6,176 nt of DNA from a virus (taxonomy: Duplodnaviria > Heunggongvirae > Uroviricota > Caudoviricetes): IMG/VR virus record IMGVR_UViG_2671180770_000013. The stretch is one strand, 5' to 3'. The notes beneath the pieces are model-generated. The model was not told the DNA's origin, did no database searches, and worked only from the letters and a program-made list of their open reading frames with translations. Each line of letters starts with the position of its first letter. Position 1 is the first letter of the stretch. Below are positions 1-6,063 of this stretch, piece after piece. Position numbers and translations under genes: made by a program.

Positions 1-3
1 AGT

Positions 4-1932
4 TCAGCGACTGTAACCATTCACTCCTCCGGACAGCTTCGCTGCCAGTTCTTTAAGGGTTGGCCGGGTCGTCTCTTCTTCCCGGGATTTTGCCAGTACA
101 GCCAGATCAAGCTGCCAGCGTTGCACGGACACACGTAATGCCGCGTAGGCATACACCAGGCAGTCCAGCGCTTCGTTACGCCGCTTTTTGTTATCCCACA
201 GCAGACGCATCTTTCCTTTTTCCCACTTCTCCACCAGCTCTTCCGCCACCAGTTGCTGCGCCTCTGTCTGCGAAAAAATCTCCGGATCATCAGGAAAACG
301 GATGGCATACGACGTGGCTTCATCCGCAGGCGTGGGATCGGCTTTCATACGGGCATAGAGAATTTCTTTTGCGGTGTCCGTCCCCACTTCGCACAGATAC
401 ACGCCCCGCTGATTGCGGGTTTTTGGCATGGTGATCACCGGCTTGCCATAAACAGATGCGCCTTTTACCGGCAGCACCCGGAAAACACCGTGTTTTTTTG
501 ACCTCTGATAGACAATTTCGCCATCGATCCCCCCGGTGTCCCAGCAGACACGGGAAATGGTCATTTCGGTTCCGTCTGCATGGCGGTATTTTTTGTTGAT
601 CGCCACATCCACACGTAACAGCGTCTCTTCCTCATCGGGACGCCCCATAATGATGATTTTATCCACCAGAAAGGCTTCCTCTCCCGGAGCCCATCCCCAG
701 ACATACATCTCAAAACGGTTTCGCTGCGAGTCAATGCCCGCCGTCAGATAAACCACCCGGGAAGGCACCGCAGCCGTGTAACGCACAACCTTATCCATCA
801 GCACCTGGTGATCGAGTTTTTCGCCCACGGCCTCTTCCCAGGTCTCGCCCAGCGTGGTGTTCACAAAGGTTTTCAGGCCGTTGGGATCTTTCAGTGCATC
901 CAGCCAGTCATAGACAATCTGTACCCAGGTGGTGAACGGACTGTACGCCGTCCAGATATGGAATGTGATGGAGCGCGGCGGCGGAATTTCATTATCCGCG
1001 GCGCTGAAAAACGTCAGACCGTCGCGGGTCCACATCCCCGTGTTTTCGCAGATCCACCGCCCGTTGCTCTGGTCAAGCTCAGACTGATGGATCACGCAGC
1101 CATGATGTTCACAGAGGTAGAAAACGCTTTCGGGGCTGTCCTTCTCCCATTTAAGGCCAAAAGGCGTGGACTCATCGCCAAATTTCAGATACTGCGCCTC
1201 CCCACAGTGCGGGCAGGGCACATAAAAACGCATGAAATGCGCCGACTCGTTGGCCGCTTTTTCGATCTGGCAGGAGCCTTTTATTTTAGGCGTCGAGCCG
1301 CGAATGGATTTTGGCCATACCGAGCCCTCAATACGCTTATCCCCCAGCAGGGTTGGCGAGCCCTCTTTTTCGACATCCGGCTCGAACGAGGAAAGTTCGT
1401 CATAGCAGACCACGTCCACGGATTTTTCACGGTAGTTTTTTGCTGCCGCACCACCCAGGCACCAGAAGCCCACCCCCGATGAAAAGCGTTTCAGCGTGAG
1501 AGTATTGTCACGATGTTTACGACCCAGCCACGGGGAAAGATCTTTCAGGCATGGCACGTCCCGAATCGTCGCCTCCACGTGAGACTTCATAAAATCTTCA
1601 GCGGCAGAATCCGTGGGCTGAAAAAGCAGACTGTTTCGGGATTTATGCTCAATAAAATACCCGGCGACTCCCAGCAACATCTTTGTATAGCCAACACGGG
1701 CAGATTTAATCAGATTAACAGTGCGGATCTGATCATTCCCCATACTGTTCATGATGGCGATCTGGAACGGCAGCGTTTTCCATTCGCCGTCACCGTATGA
1801 GGATTCTTTCGGCAGATAATAATACTGGTCAGCCCATTCAACTGCCGTCATCGGTACAACCCTGACCAGAGGCTGCAGCGCAACCGAAACGGCGGCCACC
1901 ATATTATTCAGTTGTTGCTCTGATATATTCAT
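4..1932 (-). CDS. A: phage terminase large subunit (lambda gpA-like)
   Basis: 642-aa ORF. From the MNIS start it aligns along its length with my recollection of lambda gpA (e.g. TAVEWAD..YYLPKES, KSARVGY(T/S)KMLLGV, GDKRIEGSVWPKSIRGSTPK, CPHCGE.QYLKFGD, FHIWTAYSPFTTWVQIV, KKRRNEALDC). Start placed at the ATG at 1932 by that alignment; the ORF track extends to 1989 with a non-homologous 19-aa leader. Stop at 4-6. Confidence 0.9.
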   Translation of the reverse strand: MNISEQQLNNMVAAVSVALQPLVRVVPMTAVEWADQYYYLPKESSYGDGEWKTLPFQIAIMNSMGNDQIRTVNLIKSARVGYTKMLLGVAGYFIEHKSRNSLLFQPTDSAAEDFMKSHVEATIRDVPCLKDLSPWLGRKHRDNTLTLKRFSSGVGFWCLGGAAAKNYREKSVDVVCYDELSSFEPDVEKEGSPTLLGDKRIEGSVWPKSIRGSTPKIKGSCQIEKAANESAHFMRFYVPCPHCGEAQYLKFGDESTPFGLKWEKDSPESVFYLCEHHGCVIHQSELDQSNGRWICENTGMWTRDGLTFFSAADNEIPPPRSITFHIWTAYSPFTTWVQIVYDWLDALKDPNGLKTFVNTTLGETWEEAVGEKLDHQVLMDKVVRYTAAVPSRVVYLTAGIDSQRNRFEMYVWGWAPGEEAFLVDKIIIMGRPDEEETLLRVDVAINKKYRHADGTEMTISRVCWDTGGIDGEIVYQRSKKHGVFRVLPVKGASVYGKPVITMPKTRNQRGVYLCEVGTDTAKEILYARMKADPTPADEATSYAIRFPDDPEIFSQTEAQQLVAEELVEKWEKGKMRLLWDNKKRRNEALDCLVYAYAALRVSVQRWQLDLAVLAKSREEETTRPTLKELAAKLSGGVNGYSR

Positions 1933-2410
1933 CCAGCAAATCCGGTAATTTATCCCCTGCCCGCGCACACTGATTTGCGCCCTTTGCAATAAGGGTTTTC
2001 AGATGGTCAATATGACGTGGCGTTAAATCCGGGAACTGTCGCTGCATGGATAACGGAATGGAATCAAGCGTACTGGACAATGCCATCGCCAGTTTGCTGA
2101 GGGCGAAAACGCAAAAGTCTGAATCGATGAGCTTACCTTCGGTTACCTGATTTTTAAGTTTTTGAGCTACAGCCTGTTCTTCTGTCAGTTCAGCTCTGGC
2201 CCGAAGCAGCCTTTCCTCCAGTTCTCCCCCGTCATCAGGTGTTCTCTGATTGTGTTGTCGCCGCTCGCGATCTATCTCCAGTACAGTTTTAACGTCATAT
2301 AAAACTTCCCTCCCCCGACGTTCAACAGGAGGAACGCCCCATTTATCAAATGCCTGAACAGAGATACCGATGGAGGAGGCCATATCACTTTTATTCAATA
2401 AAAAGGCCAT
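1904..2410 (-). CDS. nu1: phage terminase small subunit (lambda Nu1-like)
   Basis: 168 aa from the ATG at 2410, which has GGAG 5 nt upstream. Resembles recalled lambda Nu1 (G.EVLYD, FC.F.LS, LD..PLS.QR.FP.L..RH.D.LK, LL.EYI). Sits directly upstream of gpA with a 29-nt overlap and about 215 bp downstream of cosN, as in lambda. Start is uncertain: ATG at 2428 and the ORF-track start at 2515 are alternatives but lack a Shine-Dalgarno. Confidence 0.8.
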   Translation of the reverse strand: MAFLLNKSDMASSIGISVQAFDKWGVPPVERRGREVLYDVKTVLEIDRERRQHNQRTPDDGGELEERLLRARAELTEEQAVAQKLKNQVTEGKLIDSDFCVFALSKLAMALSSTLDSIPLSMQRQFPDLTPRHIDHLKTLIAKGANQCARAGDKLPDLLDEYIRATTE

Positions 2411-2440
2411 CTCCTCTCCATAAGTCATCGATAAAAAGCG

Positions 2441-2588
2441 AAACAACAACCATGTGTTTTTGCAAAACCATTTGATATCATTGACATTTTTCGCATTGAC
2501 GACATCAAAACACATCGTAAGGTTGTTGTATTTATTTTATTTTCACCTTACTTATCAATTAGATATACCAAACAATTAAACAACAACC
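2441..2588 (-). promoter_or_regulatory. candidate cosB (terminase small-subunit binding region) with three GGTTGTTGT(TT) repeats
   Basis: Identical 11-mers AAACAACAACC at 2441-2451 and 2578-2588 (minus-strand GGTTGTTGTTT) and an inverted copy GGTTGTTGT at 2521-2529, with an AT-rich tract between the distal pair. Arrangement resembles lambda R1/R2/R3 but the repeat sequence differs from the lambda R sites as I recall them. Confidence 0.4.
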
Positions 2589-2626
2589 ACCCCCTCAAAA
2601 AATCTCATAAATAGTGAAAACGCGCG

Positions 2627-2638
2627 AGGTCGCCGCCC
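2627..2638 (-). other. cosN cohesive-end sequence (lambda-type 12-mer GGGCGGCGACCT on the minus strand)
   Basis: Plus strand reads AGGTCGCCGCCC at 2627-2638, the exact reverse complement of the lambda 12-nt cohesive end. Orientation and distance to the Nu1 start match lambda left-end architecture. Confidence 0.75.
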
Positions 2639-2837
2639 CGTAACCTGTCGGATCGCCGGAAAGGACCCGCAAAATGATAATAATTATCATCTACATGTCA
2701 CAACGTGCATCTACGCCATCAAACCACGTCAAATAATCAATTATGACGCAGGTATCGTATTAATTGATCTGCGTCAACTTAACGTAAAAACAACTTCAGA
2801 CAATACAAATCAGCGACACTGAATACGGGGCAACCTC

Positions 2838-3032
2838 ATGTCAACGAAGAACAGAACCCGCAGAACAACAACCCGCAACATCCGCTTTCCTAACCAAATG
2901 ATTGAACAAATTAACATCGCTCTTGAGCAAAAAGGGTCCGGGAATTTCTCAGCCTGGGTCATTGAAGCCTGCCGTCGGAGACTAACGTCAGAAAAGAGAG
3001 CATATACATCAATCCAAAGTGATGATGGATGA
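2838..3032 (+). CDS. small ribbon-helix-helix (Arc/Mnt-like) protein, possibly DUF3950/YlcI-like
   Basis: 64-aa ORF with ATG start and weak GGGG upstream. Arg-rich N-terminal tail, then NIRFPNQMIEQINIALEQKG-SGNFSAWVIEACRRRL, which matches the beta-strand/helix A/G-x-S-x-N turn/helix B pattern of Arc and Mnt (compare RWP/RMP ... NGRS(V/M)NSE). Contains an NFS motif that I recall as the DUF3950 signature. Confidence 0.55.
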   Translation: MSTKNRTRRTTTRNIRFPNQMIEQINIALEQKGSGNFSAWVIEACRRRLTSEKRAYTSIQSDDG

Positions 3033-3219
3033 ACATCCCGGTTTCTTCCACCATCGCACCGGAAAAGCGACTATGAGGGTAACCCTGCGTCTGTCAGCAC
3101 AGTAAAACCCGGTGTGCATCGTTTTTGATTATTCCCGCACACTCACGCAGAAGGAATTCCCCGTCGGGCTACGGTCATGGTTAATGCGGGAATACGGCGA
3201 CGATACAGCGCATAATGTG

Positions 3220-3768
3220 TCAGGCTTGAATACCTTTATCGAATCCCGGTAATAAAAACTGTCCCTGTCTCTCCAGACGTTCCAGCTTTGCAAGCAATTG
3301 AGGTTTTTTCGTTCTCCCCCAGCGATTGAGCAGACGGCCTGACATGCTGGCGACATCCTTCTCTTTCATGTACTCCAGCATTACGGCGTTACGTTCTGCT
3401 TCATAACTTTCGCTGTACTTACGGAGTTCTGCTGACATCCAGTTAAACGCATTGATATAGGCTTCTTTAACAGCATCGGCTTTTGCCCCGTTAAATCCCA
3501 TAACCAGCATAACGAAGCCACTAAAGTCCATGCGGTAGTAAATCTGTTTCTTGTCAAAAATACCTAAGTCATTGATTTTCTCGACGGCCCAAAAATGGGT
3601 TGTCGAGAATTCCTCAGAACATCTCAAACATTTAATAGCCCTAATCACATGCTGATGGCGTTTACCAAATGCCCTGGCAATCTGGAAGGTGTCAGTTACC
3701 GGTTGACCTTCTGCTGCGGTAACTAACTGGCGAAAGTCGAAGTCATGATTCGCAATTAATTCATTCAT
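3220..3768 (-). CDS. rha: Rha-family phage regulatory protein
   Basis: 182 aa from the ATG at 3768. N-terminal signature LVTAAEGQPVTDTFQIARAFGKRHQHVIRAI is typical of the Phage_pRha domain. The ORF-track start at 3837 is a GTG giving a 23-aa extension; the ATG was chosen by domain boundary. Confidence 0.7.
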   Translation of the reverse strand: MNELIANHDFDFRQLVTAAEGQPVTDTFQIARAFGKRHQHVIRAIKCLRCSEEFSTTHFWAVEKINDLGIFDKKQIYYRMDFSGFVMLVMGFNGAKADAVKEAYINAFNWMSAELRKYSESYEAERNAVMLEYMKEKDVASMSGRLLNRWGRTKKPQLLAKLERLERQGQFLLPGFDKGIQA

Positions 3769-3921
3769 GGCGTTGCCTGCTTCTTTGAAATGAACCTTTG
3801 CCGCACAGGAAACCAGCCCACCGAGGCTCGCCAGCACTAACTGGTATCCTCAAAGGCCCATTCCAAAGGGTCAGGTTCGGTGTTTATTGTGCGCTGCGGT
3901 GCGCGGTGAAATACCGGTACA

Positions 3922-3949
3922 AAAATGCCCCGCATCTGCGAGGCATTTT
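3922..3949. terminator. GC-rich hairpin flanked by T/A runs; candidate bidirectional intrinsic terminator between Rz and rha
   Basis: AAAATGCCCCGCA-TC-TGCGAGGCATTTT: 12-13 bp near-perfect inverted repeat. A U-run follows the GC core on both strands (ATTTTTG on minus, ATTTTCC on plus). Lies 40-65 nt downstream of the Rz stop. Confidence 0.4.
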
Positions 3950-3986
3950 CCTGAAAGTCACTTGTTAAATTTCAGTGAAATTAAAA

Positions 3987-4424
3987 TTATTTTAAGCACT
4001 GCGTCCTGATGTATTCCTGCAGGTAGTTAACCTGCGCGGTTATCTTGTCGATTCCACCTCGGAGACGGTAATAATTGAGTTCAGCATCTGCTGTAAGTCC
4101 TGGGCTTTCTCCATCGCCCATGCTGCTGGCTCCGGTCGTTGACTTTGCACAGGTGGCGGAGACTTGCAGGCGCTTACGCCCAGCAGAAACATCAGCACGG
4201 AGACTTTCGATAGTCGCATTAGCATCAGCAAGCTCCTTTGTGTATCTGGCGTCAAGTTCTGCTACATCACGTTGCCGCTTCTGCATATCAGCGATGATGG
4301 ATGTGGCTTTATCGCGCTGCTCTTTGTAGGCGATGGCGTTATCACGGTAATGATTAACAGCCCATGACAGGCAGGCGATAATGCAGATAACCAGAGCGGA
4401 GATAATAACGGTTACCCTGCTCAT
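3987..4424 (-). CDS. Rz: i-spanin Rz
   Basis: 145 aa from the ATG at 4424. N-terminus [31 protein letters not shown] closely matches recalled lambda Rz. Has an N-terminal transmembrane segment and a coiled-coil-like body. Its start overlaps the endolysin stop (ATGA). GGGGG Shine-Dalgarno upstream. Confidence 0.9.
   Translation of the reverse strand: MSRVTVIISALVICIIACLSWAVNHYRDNAIAYKEQRDKATSIIADMQKRQRDVAELDARYTKELADANATIESLRADVSAGRKRLQVSATCAKSTTGASSMGDGESPGLTADAELNYYRLRGGIDKITAQVNYLQEYIRTQCLK
4040..4225 (-). CDS. Rz1: o-spanin Rz1 (lipoprotein) embedded in Rz in the +1 frame
   Basis: 61 aa from the ATG at 4225 with AAGGAG 7 nt upstream. Signal peptide with lipobox (LLGVSA-C), then a Pro-rich mature region ([13 protein letters not shown]). 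Lies entirely inside Rz in another frame, as in lambda. Confidence 0.8.
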   Translation of the reverse strand: MLMRLSKVSVLMFLLGVSACKSPPPVQSQRPEPAAWAMEKAQDLQQMLNSIITVSEVESTR

Positions 4425-4918
4425 TGTTGCCCCCACAAACAGACTTCACGCTCAATCTCGCGGCGAGTCATCAGCCCTTTCCATTGCTTACCGCCAGCGT
4501 ATGTCCAGCGCCGTAGCTGATCACATGCGCTTTTGATATCGCCCTGGTTTATTTTGCGAAGAAGCGTCGATGTTCTGAAATTGCCAGCGCCCACGTTGTA
4601 AACGAACGAGTAAAGAGCGCCGCGCGTTGTTTCCGGTATATCGACTTTGATGTACGGGTTTATTTGTCTGGCGACCGTGGCAAGGTCTTTATTCAGGAGG
4701 GCTTTGCATTCTGCTTCGGTATACGTTTTACCGGGCATGATGTCTTTTCCGGTGTGTCCGTGACATACAGTCCATACGCCAACGATATCTTCGTATGGTA
4801 TGTAGCTGACACCTTCCAGGCCATCGTCACCACTCGGACCAGTGATGAGCACAGACGCTATGGCAACAGCCCCACCACCAATAGCAGCAGCAACGGCTTT
4901 TCGTAATGATGGAGGCAT
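4421..4918 (-). CDS. R: SAR endolysin (phage-21 R-type lysozyme)
   Basis: 165 aa. N-terminal Gly/Ala-rich signal-anchor-release segment ([20 protein letters not shown]). Lysozyme catalytic motif E-x8-D-x5-T ([24 protein letters not shown]). Near-identical to my recollection of phage-21 R and DLP12 RrrD. Confidence 0.9.
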   Translation of the reverse strand: MPPSLRKAVAAAIGGGAVAIASVLITGPSGDDGLEGVSYIPYEDIVGVWTVCHGHTGKDIMPGKTYTEAECKALLNKDLATVARQINPYIKVDIPETTRGALYSFVYNVGAGNFRTSTLLRKINQGDIKSACDQLRRWTYAGGKQWKGLMTRREIEREVCLWGQQ

Positions 4919-5124
4919 TATTCACCTCTCACAGCCTTGCGCTTATCTTCTTTAATCTTGAAATAAAGGTTTGTCAGATACGTCAGCAGGCCAAACAGCA
5001 GACTCCCCAGCACACCTATCGCCACCCACTGGGACGGAGAGACTTTGTCCAGCAGCTGCAGTAACCAGTATCCCGTCCCCACCGCTGACGTGGTGTATGA
5101 CACACCCGTTGTGATTTTTTCCAT
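4918..5124 (-). CDS. S: pinholin (phage-21 S-type class II holin)
   Basis: 68 aa, [68 protein letters not shown]. Two transmembrane segments and a charged C-terminus. Stop overlaps the endolysin start by 1 nt. No in-frame upstream start for an antiholin form. Confidence 0.85.
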   Translation of the reverse strand: MEKITTGVSYTTSAVGTGYWLLQLLDKVSPSQWVAIGVLGSLLFGLLTYLTNLYFKIKEDKRKAVRGE

Positions 5125-5167
5125 CTGATGTATGTCTCCGTCACCGCCGACAGAAAATGAAAGTAAA

Positions 5168-5204
5168 GGAAAACAAAAAGCCGCCAGTGTCGCCCACTGA
5201 CGGC
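5168..5204 (-). terminator. intrinsic terminator of a short late leader RNA (tR'-like)
   Basis: Minus-strand RNA GCCGUCAGUG-GGCGA-CACUGGCGGC (10-bp stem including one U-G pair) followed by UUUUUGUUUU. Ends about 44 nt upstream of the holin ATG. Confidence 0.5.
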
Positions 5205-5281
5205 CAACGCCGGGAGCCGTGATTATGGCATTCAGGCTCTGCTAAAAATGCCAGATAACATTCCGGCTCCCCCCCTGATTC

Positions 5282-5310
5282 AGGTTATAAATGACACAAT
5301 ATCTTGACAA
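5282..5310 (-). promoter_or_regulatory. candidate late promoter (pR'-like)
   Basis: Minus strand TTGTCA (5310-5305), then TATAAC after a 15-bp spacer or TAACCT after 17 bp. Lies about 105 nt upstream of the tR'-like terminator with a structured segment between. Identical in the second repeat copy. Spacing is suboptimal and the assignment is tentative. Confidence 0.25.
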
Positions 5311-5380
5311 CACCCATCACTGTCTGTCAGAAAATGTACTGCCAGATATAAGTATCATGTGAAACCCAACTATCCTTCTT

Positions 5381-5423
5381 AGCCAGTACTTCTCCGACGA
5401 AAGTCAGTACTGGCTGTTTTTTT
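5381..5423 (+). terminator. plus-strand intrinsic terminator directly 3' of the gene X stop
   Basis: AGCCAGTACT..(GAC-GAAA-GTC)..AGTACTGGCT: 10-bp perfect stem with an inner GAAA-capped 3-bp stem, then G + T7. On the minus strand no U-run follows the hairpin, so it is terminator-like only on plus. Confidence 0.5.
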
Positions 5424-5424
5424 A

Positions 5425-5808
5425 TTATGCTGCCGGTGCATTTATCTCCAGCACCAGACTTTCTATCTCAACGCCATACGCTGCATTTTTTGTAACATCC
5501 GTCAGCGTCAGCGCATTCAGCCCCAGTGTCAGACTGTCTTTTATGACCTGGAATGCCGGGCCAGCCACTCCATTCAGTTTCGGAGTAACCGTGGCACTGC
5601 CGGCGGTGAACACCAGCTCCAGCGTCTGCCAGTCGTTACCGTAATCGCCGAACTCCCCCAGCTTCGTGTTTCCGGCTTTCCTGTGATGCATCAGATTCAC
5701 TCTAGCCACCCACTGGGACGGAGAGACTTTGTCCAGCAGCTGCAGTAACCAGTATCCCGTCCCCACCGCTGACGTGGTGTATGACACACCTGTTGTGATT
5801 TTTTCCAT
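5425..5808 (-). CDS. chimeric ORF: pinholin N-terminal 35 codons fused in frame to the C-terminal 92 codons of an unidentified protein (gene X)
   Basis: ATG at 5808 is the duplicated holin start. Residues 1-35 are identical to the holin, with one synonymous difference. After the junction at 5704/5705 the frame continues through [92 protein letters not shown] to TAA at 5425-5427. Whether it is expressed or functional is unknown. Confidence 0.45.
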   Translation of the reverse strand: MEKITTGVSYTTSAVGTGYWLLQLLDKVSPSQWVARVNLMHHRKAGNTKLGEFGDYGNDWQTLELVFTAGSATVTPKLNGVAGPAFQVIKDSLTLGLNALTLTDVTKNAAYGVEIESLVLEINAPAA

Positions 5809-6063
5809 CTGATGTATGTCTCCGTCACCGCCGACAGAAAATGAAAGTAAAGAAAAACAAAAAAGCCGCAAGTGTCACCGACTGACGGCCAACGCCGGGA
5901 GCCGTGATTATGGCATTCAGGCTCTGCTAAAAATGCCAGATAACATTCCGGCCTCCCCTGATTCAGGTTATAAATGACACAATATCTTGACAACATCCGT
6001 CACTGTCTGTCAGAAAATGTACTGCCAGATATAAGTATCATGTGAAGTACATCTACCCGTTTT

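Larger units (their letters stand above)
5021..5492. repeat. tandem imperfect direct repeat, copy 1 (unit about 684 bp; repeat visible to 5492)
   Basis: 5021-5492 aligns with 5705-6176 at an offset of 684-686 bp. Identity is high except in two hairpin segments. Confidence 0.9.

Noticed and set aside
231-238. Chi site (GCTGGTGG on the minus strand)
   Set aside because: A single octamer in about 6 kb is within chance expectation for an enterobacterial-like sequence, and its orientation relative to cos does not suggest a role in protecting packaged DNA.
21-323. 100-aa minus-strand ORF overlapping the gpA 3' end in another frame
   Set aside because: Arg/Trp/Cys-rich low-complexity translation in an alternative frame of gpA; spurious.
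808-1482. 224-aa plus-strand ORF, and other plus-strand ORFs at 60-434, 253-501, 536-751, 1311-1499 and 1513-1800
   Set aside because: All lie antisense to, and fully within, the well-supported gpA terminase gene. They have no recognisable motifs and no convincing ribosome-binding sites, and are typical shadow ORFs of a GC-biased coding region.
1933-1989. N-terminal extension of gpA to the ORF-track start
   Set aside because: The 19-aa extension (MQRAQISVRGQGINYRICW) has no counterpart in lambda gpA, whereas the protein aligns from MNIS. The upstream region is the Nu1 coding sequence.
2411-2515. N-terminal extension of Nu1 to the ORF-track start at 2515 (or ATG at 2428)
   Set aside because: No Shine-Dalgarno before either codon. 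The extension would run through the putative cosB repeat at 2441-2451. Alignment with lambda Nu1 begins at the 2410 start.
3129-3356. 75-aa minus-strand ORF overlapping the rha 3' end
   Set aside because: Out-of-frame overlap with rha, Cys/Ser/Arg-rich and non-protein-like; likely spurious.
4075-4367. Plus-strand ORFs (84 and 67 aa) antisense to Rz/Rz1, and 4664-4906 antisense to the endolysin
   Set aside because: Shadow ORFs inside well-supported lysis genes with no supporting signals.
5016-5207. 63-aa minus-strand ORF overlapping the holin in another frame, and its duplicate at 5697-5996
   Set aside because: Alternative-frame ORFs across the holin and leader with Trp/Arg/Cys-rich translation and no ribosome-binding site; the true gene here is the holin.
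5305-5332. Plus-strand promoter using the perfect TTGACA at 5305-5310
   Set aside because: No acceptable -10 hexamer 16-19 bp downstream (TCAGAA/CAGAAA). The same palindromic core reads TTGTCA on the minus strand, where a late promoter is expected, so the plus-strand reading is less likely.
5809-5871. Upstream extension of the chimeric ORF to the ORF-track start
   Set aside because: The first codon is a TTG inside the leader/terminator region. The in-frame ATG at 5808 is the duplicated holin start with the same upstream context as the genuine holin.
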